NCBI RefSeq assembly: GCF_009914755.1
Contig: NC_060939.1
DNA: 64,000 bases
Direction: 5' to 3' (one strand)
DNA from: the human T2T-CHM13v2.0 reference genome, Homo sapiens
Made by a program: the position numbers and the translations under genes. Positions 1 to 16,300 of the stretch are shown here, one piece after another (the stretch's first letter is position 1; the number at the start of each line of letters is the position of its first letter). The notes under the pieces are model-generated. The model was not told where the DNA came from. It saw only the letters and a program-made list of their open reading frames with translations, and made no database searches.

Positions 1-123
1 GTTAGAGTTAGCAAAGAGCCTTTAAAAAATTACTATAATGGCATTCCTTATGTTAAAAAACTTAGAGACATCAAAGCTATAAAGACCCAAATCAAACTTT
101 GAGAGGTAAAATCTGCAATGCCT

Positions 124-2834
<2,711 letters not shown>

Positions 2835-4913
2835 GATACATTGGGTAGAATAAGTAATAGATCAGACATTGCAAGAGTAAAAGTTAGCAAAATTTAAGGC
2901 ATAGTATAGGAACTACCCAATATGAAACACACAGAAAAATATTAATTAAAAAAAATGAAGACTATCAATGAGTTGTGAGAGACAACTTCAAACAACCTGA
3001 TATACATATAGGTGTAGTTCTCAAAGTAGAGAGAAAAAAAAATTGAAGACATTGTGGCTAAGTTTCCAAACTGATAAAAACTATACATCCACAGATATAA
3101 GGAGCTCAACAAACTCTAAGTACAAGTTTTCCTGAAGACAATAAAACACATAATATCCAATTGCTCACACTAATAATAAAGAGAAAATCTCAAAAGTAGC
3201 CACATTATTGTACATAGAAAAAAAGTAAAGATAACATCAGAATTCTCCTCAAAAATAGTTCAAGTGAGAAGATAGGGGAAGACCATTTTAAAGTGCTCAA
3301 AGAAAAAGGAAAAAATCCTGTCATCCTAGAATTGTATATTCAGTGAGCATATCTTTCACCACTGAAGACAAAATAAAGACATTTTCAGATACAACATACC
3401 CCAAAAGCTGAAAGACTTCTTAAATAGCAAAACAGCACTATAAAAATTGTTAAAGGAAGTTCTCCAGGCAGAAGAAAAGTGATACCAAATGGGAATGTGA
3501 TTCTACACAAGTTAATTAAAAGCACTAAGAAAGGTAATTATAAGGGTGAAGTTTTTTATTATTTAAATCCCTTTAAAAGATAATTAATTATTTAAACAAA
3601 AATAATAATACCATAAGTTGAAATTTATAAGTTATGGAAAAGTAAAATGTACACCAACAATAGCATGTCATGGGGAGAATCTGAAGTATAATATTATAAG
3701 GTTCCTAAACTATATGTGAAGTAGTAGAATACCGCACAAAAGTAGATTATAAGTTAAATATGTATACTATGAACTCCAAATCAACTGTAAAAATAACAAA
3801 ACAGAGTTAATAAGCTAACAAAAGAAATAAAATACTAAAATATATCCAGCTAATTAAACAGAAGACAGAAAAAATAGTACAAGGGGAAAAAGACATATGA
3901 CAAATACAAATAAAATAGGAAAATGGTAACTTGAGTAATCATACAATAACCTAAAATATAAGTTTTGAAAATAAACCAATTAAAAAGCAGATAATTCTTA
4001 GATTGAATGAAGAGTTAGACCTCACTAGATGTTGCCCACAGAAAATACACTTCCCTTATAAAGACAATATACTAATAGGTTAAAGTAATAGAAAAGGATA
4101 TGCCATGTTAGCACATGCAAAAGTAAATCTGAAGTGGCTATATTATTTTAAATTAATAAATACTAACAGAAATTATAGAGAATATAATTTCATATTAATA
4201 AAAAAGCTAATTCATCAAAAAGGACATAGCACTCCTACACCTTTATACTCTTTGTATCAGAGCTCCAAAATACATGAAACAAAAAACAAAACCCAATAGA
4301 CATAAGAGAAAAGAGCTGAAGCCACAATTAATAGTCAGTATTCAATACCCTGTCTCAATAAATAATAGAACAAGTAGACAGAAAATTCATAGGGATATAG
4401 AAGATTTGAATAATAAACTTATTTGACATTTATAGCATACTACTAAATGAAAGTAGATTGTTTTCTGAAAAATATACAATATTTACCAGGATAGACTATA
4501 TTCTGGGTGATAAAACAGTATTAAATAGCTCTAAAATGATACAGGTAATAAAATAGGTTCTGTAACCATAATGAAATTAAAATTAGAAATAAGTAACAGA
4601 AAGGTATCTGGAAATATCCTCAAAAATTAAAAAAAAATTCTAAATACCACGAGTCAAAAAAAGGAAAATTAGAGAATATTTTAAACTGAATGAAAATGAA
4701 AACAACATATCAGAATTTGCAAAATGTTACCAAACCATACTTAAGGGGAAATTTATAGCACTAAATGCCTACATTAGAAAAAACAAAAGGTCTTGAATGA
4801 ATGATTACAGGCTATATTTTAAAAGTAAAAACAGAAAAGCTACTAAAACCAAAAGAAGTAGAAAAGAAAATTGAAAAAAAAAATTTGTTTAAAAATTATT
4901 GAAACCAAAAGTT

Positions 4914-5109
4914 AATATATTAGTTTCAAATAGCCAGAAAGAGGATATTGAATATACCCAACATGAATGATAAATATTAAGCTTATTGATATGCTATTGA
5001 TATGCTAATTATCATGACCTGCTGATCACTATACATTATATATACAGAAGCATCACTATGTTTCCATAAATATTTACAATTGTTGTTAATTTAAAAAAAG
5101 AAAATTTAA
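4914..5109 (+). mobile_element. Short L1MA (L1MA4/5-like) 3' end with target-site duplication
   Basis: L1MA-type 3'UTR ending in an A-tail, flanked by tgaaaccaaaagtt at 4900-4913 and 5119-5132 (extends to 21/23 identity). Confidence 0.8.
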
Positions 5110-5984
5110 AAAAATCAATGAAACCAAAAGTTTATAATTGGAGATCAAATTGATAAACCTCTAGACAGACCATTCAGGCAAAAAAGAAGACTTCAGTTAC
5201 CTACATCTGGAATGAGAGATGTGACATCACTGTAGATTTTACAGATATTAAAATAAATATAAGAAAATATACTTAAAATTATGTCATTAAATTTGACAAT
5301 AGAGATGAAATGGTACTTTGAAAACGTCAAGCTACTAAAATTCACTCATGAATAAATTGAATGAATATATACATATGTATTTAAATTTATACATATAAAT
5401 CACATAAGTATAAATAAAACATATGTAAATATATATATAATTGACTTTGTAGCTAAAAGCCTTTCTATGATGAAAACTCCAGACACAAATGGATTCACTG
5501 GTGAATTTCATCAAACACTTCAGGAAGAAGTAGTACTAATTCTAAACAAATTCTTCAGAAAATTGAAGAGAACAGATTACTTCCCAGCTATGTCTAGACC
5601 CCATTATTATGCTGACATCAAATGCAGACACACATGTGACTGTAAGTCTATACCCCTCATGAGCCTAGATGTAGAGTTGAAACAAAATTTAACTGAGCCC
5701 AGTAATTTATAACAAGGGTAATATATCATGACCAAGTGGGGTTTACCTTGGGAATGCAAACTTGGATTAAGATTTGAGAATGAGATAATATAAACTCCAT
5801 TTTAAAAGTTTAAGAAAAACAATCAATAGATATAAAAACCGTTTGACAATTCAACATCCATTCCATTTTTTTCTGATTTTAAAACCTCAGCTAAGAAGAA
5901 ATGATCAACCTAATAAAGAGTATCTATGAGAAACATTTACAAGTAATATCTTATCTAACCATAAAATATCTTACCTAACCACAT

Positions 5985-6745
5985 TTTTATAAAATAAATA
6001 TCCATGAGTCCTTACCAATATAAATAAATGGTTGAGTAAATACATGGGAAATAATACATATCCCATGCAGAAAAATTCCAAGTAATTTATGTGGATTTCC
6101 ACCAAAGAGAATTATAGCTCCTCACTCCTTCCAAAGTACATGCAATATGGACATAATGGAAGAAAAAAAAAAAAGTAACTTTACAGTGGAGAAAACTGAC
6201 AAGTATATGACCTCAAGCTAGGTAGTCAAGGCTAATATCAATAGTGATGAGACATCTTAGTAGTCCGTACTCTTGAAAAGATGTGATAAAAGTGGCATTT
6301 TATCTCTCTGATCATCCTCCCTAAAATGATAATCCCAGTAGAATCATTAGGAAAACAACAGACAAATCCCATTTAAAGGACCCTCTACAATATTCCTGAT
6401 CAAAAGCAGGATCAAAACTATTAAGGTCATCAAAACAAACCAACCAACAAACCTGAAAAACTGTCACAAGCAGGAGGAGCCCAAAGAGACATGACTACTA
6501 AATGGTTTCCTGAATGGAATTCTAAAACAGGAATTAGGGTAAACCTTTTTCAAAATCTGAAAAGAGTATGAATTTTAGTTAATAATAATATATCAGTATT
6601 AGTTCAATATTGGTTTTGTGAAAAACACATCAAAATAATATATTAATAATAGGAGTAACTCTTTGTGTGGTATATGAGTACCCTCTGTACTTTCTTCACA
6701 ATAATTCTACAAAACTAAAACTATTCTAAAACAAAACATTTAAAA
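5985..6745 (+). mobile_element. L1MC/L1MD-type 3'UTR fragment
   Basis: Starts aaataaatatccatgagtcc and ends in ...aaaactattctaaaac plus A-rich tail, as in old L1M 3' ends. Confidence 0.65.
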
Positions 6746-6779
6746 ATACAAACAAACAACAGCAAAACAAATGACATGA

Positions 6780-7625
6780 GCAGCAACCTGGAAGATCTTT
6801 AATGGCCAAACATGGAATAATGCCAGCAGCAAAAGAAATAACACTATTTAAAGATTATAACACAAATAATAAAATAAATATCCATGAATGAATACACATA
6901 TAAATGGCTGAATGAATAAGTAAATGGGGAGAAGAACAGAACTCTCTAACAGAAGATTTCTAAATGATATATACATGAATATTCCCCATTCCAGGACATG
7001 GAGCTTAAATCCTCTCCCCTTGAGTGTCTTTTGAACGTAATGGTTCACTACCAAAGAAAAGCATGGAAAAGAAATAGTAACTGTAAAAAGAAACCAGCCT
7101 AGATAATCTTACCCAGGGGAATAAAATTAACATCACAAGGAATAACTTACGCTAATATTATATATCCTTGAGTTGATGCAATTCAAAGGTTATTTCACTT
7201 CTGTAATATTCTTTCCCCAAACACATAACTCCAGTCTAATCATGAGAGCTAAAATTGAGGGACTTTCTACAAAATATCTGATTAGTATTTTCACTAAATA
7301 ATTAAATATTTTGGACTAAATTTTAACTCTTCAAAAATGTTAATGTCACATTAATCAAAGAAACACTAAAAAACTATTACAGAATGAAGGCAACATGGTA
7401 TTATGAATTAGATTCTGGGAAATGGAAAGTATACCAGTGGCAATCTGGCAAATCTCAATAAATTCTGAAGTTTAATTAATATTGCACCAATGCTAATTTC
7501 TTGATTGTGACAATATTCCATCGTTAGAGAAGATATTTACATCGGGGAATCTGATTAAAAGGTAATGGGTACAGTTTTATAACCTTTTAAACTTTTCTGT
7601 AAACCTAAGATTATACTAAAAGTTG
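6780..7625 (+). mobile_element. Second L1MC/L1MD-type 3'UTR fragment
   Basis: Diverged homolog of 5985-6745 (aaataaatatccatga at ~6872); ends ttttctgtaaacctaagatt. Confidence 0.65.
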
Positions 7626-7629
7626 CCTC

Positions 7630-9170
7630 CAAGATATGAAATTAGAAATAAATATAACAATTTATAATTTTTATGTCAAAAATGAATGAAAGAAAACGAA
7701 CATCTATATAAATGGTACATCTTGCTCAGAAAATAGGAAACTCAATATTGTTTAGGTGCCAAATCTTCTCAATTTTATCTATAAATTCAGTGCAATTTCA
7801 ACTCATATTCCAACATGCCATGTTGTAGATATTTACAATATGATTCTAAGATTTTAAGAGAAAAAAGAGACAAAAATGAAAACAATTGTAAAAGAAAAAA
7901 AGAAGTTGAAGGGCCCACAATTTTGTAGGTCCAATTTCAAGACTTACCAATCTTATAGTAATTAAGAAAGGTAATGCTGAAAATAAAGAAATAGGTCAAT
8001 AAAACAAAATAAAGAGATAAAAATTAGAGTACAACAAATATAATCAATTGATTTTCTACAAAAGTACAAAGGCATTTCATTGGAGAAAGTATAGTTTCTT
8101 CAACTAATGATGGAACAGTTGAACATCCATTTACAAAACAATGAACCCTGACATCATATGCCAAAATTAACTCAATCTGTATTATAGCCTGAAGTATAAA
8201 ACATTATACTAAAAATTCTTCTAGAAGAAAGCAACAAAAAATTTGCATGACCTTGAGTTTGATTAGGTATTTGAAATAGGACTTCAAAAGCATGATTCCT
8301 AAAATAACATATTAATAAGTTAGACTTTACCAAAATTAAAACCTTTTGATCTGTGAAAGAAATTTTCAGAGAACAAAAAGACAAGCCACAGATATTGAGA
8401 AAATATTTGCAAATCTCACATCCGTTAAAGTTGTGTAACTAGAAAACAAAAAAAACCCCTAAAACTCAATAAGAAAGCAACCCAATAAAAATGGTACATC
8501 TGAATAAACTCAGCACCAAAGATACGCAATTGGAAAACAAGCATAGAAAGGGATGCACAGATCACTTAATAGAAAACTGCGATTAAAGATAAAATTACAT
8601 ACTGCAGCATACCTATTAAAATGACTAAAAAGAGAGAGAGAGACATAAAATACCTTTCCAGTATTTTTCAAAAGTGTCAAGGTCATGAAACACAAGACAA
8701 GACCAAGAAGCTGTCAGAATGGAGGAGAAAGAAGACAAGATGACTGTCTTCGTCAGCTCAGGCTACTTTAACAAAGTATCGTGCTTGTAAAAAGGGTGAG
8801 AGAGTTGTCTGGGGTCATTTTTAAAAAAGGATTCTAAGTCTCCTCATGAGGGCTCCACCCTCATGACCTGATTATTATCCAAAGGCCTCATCTCCAAATA
8901 CTATCACACTGGAGGTTTGGAATTTAACATGTAAACTTTAGGGGCATACAAACATTCAGTCCATTGCAATGACTCAACGCAGTAAGTGGTAGTCTGGATT
9001 GGATCCTGAAACATAGAAAGACATTGGTGAAAAAATTGACAAGATATGAACAAAATCTGCAGTTTAGTTAATGGTATTGTACAAATATTATCTTAGCTAT
9101 GAAAGTGTATCATGATAATGTAAGATGTTAATATTCAGAAAGCTGGATGAAGGGCATATGGAAGTCTGGA
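7630..9170 (+). mobile_element. Ancient L1M ORF2 3' part and 3'UTR remnant
   Basis: Decayed similarity to the ORF2 C-terminal coding region of the L1PA3 in this window, followed by L1M-type 3'UTR sequence split by an MLT1 LTR. Confidence 0.7.
8745..8968 (-). mobile_element. MLT1A0-like MaLR solo LTR, internally deleted
   Basis: TG...CA termini, perfect 5-bp TSD atgac (8740-8744, 8969-8973), motifs catgagggctccaccctcatgacc and aaacattcagtccattgca; only 224 bp long. Confidence 0.85.
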
Positions 9171-9709
9171 CACAAAGTTTGGGATTAGTTTGTGAAGGTT
9201 TTATTTCTTTGTTACTAGTTTTAATGATGAGCTAACAATGGTATTTTCTCTCCTGGAAGCAACAGGAGAAGGAAGTTTCAGTAGGGAGATGTGATGATTG
9301 CTTTGATGTTATTTCTACTTTTCTAATATAGAGAAACTAATCAAAAAATAAAAATATTACCGACAATTTACTCTGTATTCAATTATGATCAATTGTCAGT
9401 TAAAGCAGTTTAGATGAACATAATTTAATATTAATGACAACACAAAAATAATGATTTCTTATCTTCGATGGGGGCAGTTTTAATTTTGGCAAACAAGCAT
9501 TACAAGTTTCCCAGAAAATTTTAACACATTAAGGCTGGAATTTTAGAGCTCCAGTTCAAATACCTTCACCAAAAAAGCTGAGTCCTAAAGTGGTGAAGGT
9601 CACAGCTTCAAGATGAGCAGAGGCTAAAAAACAGTTTTACTGACTCCCCAGTAGTGTGCTCTTTCATCTTTGGCACCTGGCAATCAGGCAATGATGACCA
9701 CTTAGCTGC

Positions 9710-10079
9710 TGTCTCAGTCCATTTTCTGCTGCTATAACAACACCATAGACTGCTTAATTCATTTAAGAAGAAAGAGATTTGGCTTATGGCTGGGATGTCC
9801 AAGAGCATAGCACTGACGTCTGTCAAGGGCCTTTGTGTTGCTTTATAATATGGCAGAAGGGCAAGCAAGCATGTGAGACAGAGAATGGGGTCTGAATCTA
9901 TTTTCTCAGGAGCCAATTTACATGATCACTATACCACTCCTGTAATAAATAACCCACTCCAGTGATAGTAGGTCTGCTCTCAGAAAGCAATCACCTCTGA
10001 AAGGCCATACCTCCCAATATTGTTACATTGGTAATTAAATTTTAACTTGAGTCTTGAAGGGAACATTCAAATCTCAGCA
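9710..10079 (-). mobile_element. MSTC/MSTD-like MaLR solo LTR
   Basis: tgtctcagtccattttctgctgctataac...aacattcaaatctcagca; TSD gctgc/gctgt. Confidence 0.82.
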
Positions 10080-10321
10080 GCTGTCTTTCATGCTGACACT
10101 CTAGAGCCCTGGAGAAGTAAGACTTGGAATCAGTGTTTGGGGATGCACCAAAATGGGTACAGTGGGACCAGACATACTGTCTTCACAGTTGCTTCTTTTG
10201 GTCTCTGGAAACAAAGTGACATGAAATCTTTACTGCTGATTTATATTTGATGAGATGTTCTGTTTAGTATATATCTATACTGTGCATCAATTTTTTTTCT
10301 GCTTAGCACACCTCATCTCTT

Positions 10322-13300
10322 AAAATTTTTTGCTTGTATTATCATTTGTAATTCACACACAATTATGTACAGTTATGGAGTTGAGTGATTATTTGATACA
10401 TGTATGCAACGTGTAATGATCAAATCAGGGTAATTAGCATATCTACCACCCCAAATATTTATCATTTCTTTGTGTTGGGAACACTCAAAATGTGCTCTTC
10501 TAGCTATTTGAAAATATAAAATAAGTTTGTTAATTGTAGTCATTCTATAGTGCTACAGAAAACTGGGATTTATTCGGTCCTATCTAGCTACAATTTGTGT
10601 TCATTAGCCAAACTTTTGCTAACCTCTCCTCACCCCTACTTTTTCCTACTTCTGCTACTATTCTACCTGATATTTCTATGAGATTAGACTTTTCAGCTTC
10701 CATATATACATGAAAACATGTGGTATTTGTCTTTGTGTGCCTGGCTTATTTCACTTAATATAATGACTTTCAGTTTCATCCACATAGCAGGAAATGATAG
10801 GATTTCATTCTTTTTCATGGCTGAGTAACACTTCACTGTGTGTATATGTCATATTTTCTTTATCTATCTGTTGATGGACACTCAGGATGATTCTACATAT
10901 TGGTAATGTGAACTGTGTTGTACTAAATATTGGAGTGCATCCTTGACATACTGATTTTCCTTCCTTTGGATATATACCCAATAGTGCAATTGCGGCATCA
11001 TATGGTAGTTCTATTTTTAGTTTCTTGAAGAACCTTCATATTCTTCAATAATGGGCATAGTAATTTACAATCACATAATTTACAAGAGTTCCCTTTTTCC
11101 CACAGTCCTATCAACATTTATTTTTTATTTTTTGGTAATAGCCATTCTACTTCAGGTAAGATAGTCTCATTGTGGTTTTGATTTGCTGTTCCCTGATGAT
11201 TAGCAATGTTGAGCAACTTTTCCCCTGAATTTTTGGCCACGGTATGTCTTCTGTTGAGAAATGTCTATTTACACCCCTTGCCCGTTTAAAAAATAGATTA
11301 CTTGCTTTTGGATGGTGAGTTGTTTGAGTTCCTTCCATATTTTGGGTGTTAACATCTTGTTAAATGAATAGCATAAAAGTATATTCTCCAATTCTGTGGG
11401 TTTCTTCACTCTGTTGTTTCCTTTGCTGTGCAGGAGCATTTTTGTTTAATATAATCCCATGTGTCCATTTCTGAATTTGTCATCTGTGTTTTTGAGGTCC
11501 TCTCCATAACATCCTTGCCCAGACCAATGTCCTGAAGCATTTCTGTTTTCTTTAATTAGTTTTACAGTTTGAGGTCTTATATTTAAGTTTTTAGTTCACT
11601 TTGAGGTATCTTTTATATATGGTGAGAGATATGGGTCTAGTTTTATTTTTCTGCATATGGATATCCAGTTTCCCCAGCATCATTTGTTGAAGAAGTTGTC
11701 CTTTCCCCAATATATATTAGTCCATTTTCAAACTGCTGTAAAGAAATGCCTGAGACTGGGTAATTTATAAAGGAAAGTGGTTTAATTGACTCACAGTTCC
11801 ACATGGCTGGGGAGTCCTCAGGAAAGTTACAGTCATGGCAGAAGGTGAAAGAGAAGCAAGAATCTTCTTCACAAGGTGGCACGAGGTGGGTGGCAACTGC
11901 CACTTTTAAAACCATCAGATCTCAGGAGAGCTCCCTCACTGTCACGAGACCAGCATGGCTAAATCACTCTCATGATCCAATCACCTCCCACCAGACACCT
12001 CCTTTGACATGTGGTGATTATAATTTCAGATAAGATTTGGGTGAGGACACAGAGCCAAAGCATTTTATTCTGCTCCTGGCCCCTCTTTTCACATTTCAAA
12101 ACAAATCATGCCTTCCCCAACAGTTCCCAAAAGTCTTAACTCATTCCAGCATTAACTCAAAAGTCCAAGTCCAAAGTTTGATCTGATGCGAGGCAAGTCC
12201 CTTCCACCTATGAGCCTGTAAAATCAAAAGCAAGTTAGTTACTTCCAAGAGATACAATGGGTGTATAGGCATTGCGTAAATATTTCCAGTGGGAGAAATT
12301 AGCCAAAACAAAGGGACTCCAGGCCCCATGCAAGTCCAAAACCTGGTCAGGCAGTCATTAAATCTTAAAGCTCCAAAACCTCCTTTGACTCCATGTCTCA
12401 CATCCAGGGCACGCCAATGCAAGAGGTGGGTTCCCCTGGCTTTGGGCAGCTGTCCCTGTCCTCTGCAGGGTATAGCCCCCATGGCTGCTTCCATGAGCTG
12501 TTGTTGAGGGTCTGAGGCTTTTCCAGGCACATGGTGCAAGCTGTTGGTGGATCTACCATTCTGGCAGCTGAAGGATGGTGACCCTCTTCTCATGGCTCCA
12601 CTAGGCAGTACCCCAGTGGGGACTCCGTGTGGGGGCTCCAACCCCACATTTTCCTTCTGCTATTGCTCTAATAGAGGTTCTCCATGAGGGCTCCACTCCT
12701 ATGGCAGACTTCTGCCTCGACATCTAGGCATTTCCATACTTCCTCTGAAATCTAGGTGGAGGTTCCAAAACCTCAACTCTTGTCTTCTGTGTACCCAGAA
12801 GCCCAACACCACATGGGGCCACCAAGGCTTGCGGCTTGCAGCCTTTGAAGCAAGGACCTGAACTGTACCTTAGCCCCTTTTAAGCCATAGCTAGAGCTGG
12901 AGTGGCTGGAACACAGGGCAACAAGTCCCAACGCTGCACAGAGCAGCAAGGCCCTGGGCACAGCCCATGAAACCATTTTTTACTACTAGGCCTCAGTCTG
13001 TGATCGGAGGGTCTCCCATGAAAGTCTCTGACATGCCCTGGAGATATATTCCCCATTGTCTTGCCTACTAACATTCAACTCATTACTTATGCAAATTTCT
13101 GCAAGAGGCTTGAATTCCTCCCCAGAAAAATGGGTTTTTGTTTTCTACCACATGGTCAAGCTGCAAATTTTTCAAACTTTTATGCTTGGCTTCCCTTTTA
13201 AATATAAGTTCCAATTTTAGACCATCTCTTTCTTTATGCAAATGAACTTAGGCTTTTAGGAACAGCCAGGTCACCTGTTGAATGCTTTGCTGCTAAGGAA

Positions 13301-16300
13301 TTTCTTCCACCAGATATCCTAAATCATCTCTCTCAAGTTCAAAGTTCTATAGATCTCTAGGGCAAAGGCAAAACACCACCAGTCTCTTTGTTAAAGCATA
13401 GCAAGAGTGACCTTTACTCCAGTTCCCAATAAGTTCCACATTTCCATCTGAGGCCATCTCAGCATGGACTTCATTGTCCATATCACTATCAACATTTTGG
13501 TCAAAACCATTCAACAAGTCCCTCGAAGTTCCAAACTTTCCCACATCCTCCTGTCTTTTCTGAGCTCTCCAAACTGTTTCAACCTCTGCCTGTTACCCAG
13601 TTCCACATTTTCAGGTTATCTTTGTAGCAGTACCACACTCTGATGGTACCAATTCTTTTTATTAGTCAATTATCACACTGCTATAAAGATACTACCTGAG
13701 ACAGTATAATTTACTAAAAAAAAAAAAAGGTTTACTTGACTCACAGTTCCACTTGGCTGGAAAGGCCTCAGGAAACTTATAATCACGGCAGAAGGTGAAG
13801 GAAGAGCAAGTACCTTCTTCACAACACAGCGATGGGGGATGGAGGGTGGAAACTGCCACTTTTAAACCAACAGATCTTATGAGAACTCCCTAAGTATCAT
13901 AAGAACAGCATGGGGAAAACTGCCTCCATGATCAAATCACCTCCCACAAGGCCCCTCACTCAACATGTGGGGATTACAATTTGAGATGAGATTTGGGTGT
14001 GTATACAGAGCCAAACCATGTATTTTGGGGGACTTTGTTGAAAATCTGCAAAATCAGTTGGCTGTTGAAATGAGGATTTATTTCTGGGTTCTCTATTCTG
14101 TTCCACTGATCTATGTCTCCGTTTCTATGCCAGCACCATGCTGTTTTGGTTACTATAACTTTAGCTTTGTACTTTTTTAAAGTATCGTAGTGTGATGCCT
14201 CTAGTTTTGCTCAGAATTGCTTTATTCAAGATCCTGTATGGTTTCATAAAAATTTTAGAACTGTTTTTTCTATTGCTGGGGAGAGACTCATTGGTATTTT
14301 GGGAGGAATTACATTGAATTGGTAGATCACTTCTGATAGTATGTTCATTTTCACAGTATTTCTTCTGATTTATGAACATGGAATGCTATTTCTATATTTT
14401 TGTGTCCTCTTCAATTTCTTTAGTGTTTCATAGTTTTCCTTATAAATTCTTATATTTATTTGGTTAAATTTATTCCTAAGTATTTGGTGGTTTTTGTAGT
14501 GCTAAGGTTTGATATTTTTTTCTTTCACTTTTGTGTACTTGTTATACCAGTAACTTTTATACTTTTGCTTGTTTTCATGAGAGTTATTTTCTATTGTAGA
14601 TGTAGAACTTATCTGAGCATTTCTTGTAAGGCCACCCTAGTGGTTGGTGATGAATTCCCTTAGTATTTGCTTGTCTGAGAAAGATTATTTCTCCTTCATT
14701 TCTGAAGGATAGTTTTGCGGATACAGTACTCTTGAGAGATTTTTCTTTCAGCATATTGAATAATCCCATTTTCTCCTGATAAGACTTCTGTGTAGGAATC
14801 TGCTATTAGTCTAATGAGGATTTTTACTTGCTATTTTTAGAATTCTATGTCTTTGATTTCTGATAGTTTGACTAGAATGTGTCTTAGGATTAATATTTTT
14901 TATATTATTCCACTTGAAAACCTTCAAGCTTTCTTGATCTCTCCCCAGACTTGGGAAGTTTGCAGCTATATCTTTTTTCTCTTCAAAAAATTCTATACTG
15001 TCAATATTATTTTAGTGAATCGTGACCCATAAGTTTTGTAGGCTTACTTCACTTTATCTTTTTTTTTCTCTGACTGGGTAAATTCAAATCGACCTATTTT
15101 CAAATTCACAGATACTTTCTTCTGCTTGATCAATCCTGCTGTTGGAACTCTATTTTACTTGTATTCATTAAATTCTTCAGCTTCAGGATTTCTGTTATGA
15201 TTTCCATGTCTTTGAGTTTATTCATATTGTGAACTGTTTTCTTGATGTTATTAAATTACCTGTCTGTATTTTGTTGGATTTCCTTAAGATTATTTTGAAA
15301 TTATTTTCTGGCAATTTTTTTTTCACTGGGATCTGTTACGAGAGTTATATTCTTTTTGTGGTATCATATTTTCTTGCTTTCTCATGTTTCTCATGTCCCT
15401 GCATTGATGTCTGTGCATCTTGTGGAACAATTGCCTCTTTTAAACTTTCCAGAGTGAATTTCATAGAAAAGACTTTCACCTGCAGTTGGGTCTTTGCTGT
15501 TGGGCAGGGTGTACTGACTCTGTTTTTCAGTAGATATAGTGGTATAGTCTACATGAAGCTTCTTCAGCTGCATTCAACATCAGCAGTAACTGTGGGTTTC
15601 TCAATGGTCTGGGGTTTAAAGGTTGGGGCAGCAGCAGTAGTGGCATAAGTTGTTAATTTTCTCAGTGTCAACCTCAAAAGGGGCTTTTGAGGTTCTTCTA
15701 TTCTTGTGGGAACATAATGGGGAGACATAGCTGAGTACATCCCTCCTGGTGTCAGGTCTGACATGGCCTAAAGACAACTTCAGCAGTGCTGGGTTCCAGG
15801 CTCAGTTGTTTGAAGTGGCTATGGGGCTGGCGTCCTTATCTCGGAGTCTCAAAAAACTATTGTGGCAGCTGTGTGTTGGGGTACAGTTTTGCTGTCTGTG
15901 GCAGGATTGGATGTAGGGTTCCCGTAGAGCCAGAATTTGTGACTGAAGCACTCCCTAGCAGCTTGTGCCTGGGGGCTTGTAGCTGTAGCTCTACCCCTGG
16001 CCTAGGGGCAAGGCACAGCACTGACCAGCCTCTGGGGAAGATGTGCTCTGGAACTTTGGGCCTGGCGAGCAGGGTATGGCTGCAAATTTGGGAACTTGAG
16101 CTAATAGGGTTCAGTAGCAACTTGGTTCCAGGGCATGAGCCACCATGTTTTAGTGACTCTAGGCCCTGGGATGGTGGGGCTCAGCAGTGTTCCAGACTCA
16201 GCAAGACCAGGTGCTGCAGCAGAAAGCACCCCAGAATGGTAAAGCACAACTATCATCTGGGCCCTGGGGGATCAGGGAACAGCATCACAATGACTCCACT

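Noticed and set aside
12141-13544. Novel protein ORFs in the THE1 internal region
   Set aside because: Fragments of decayed MaLR internal sequence in different frames.
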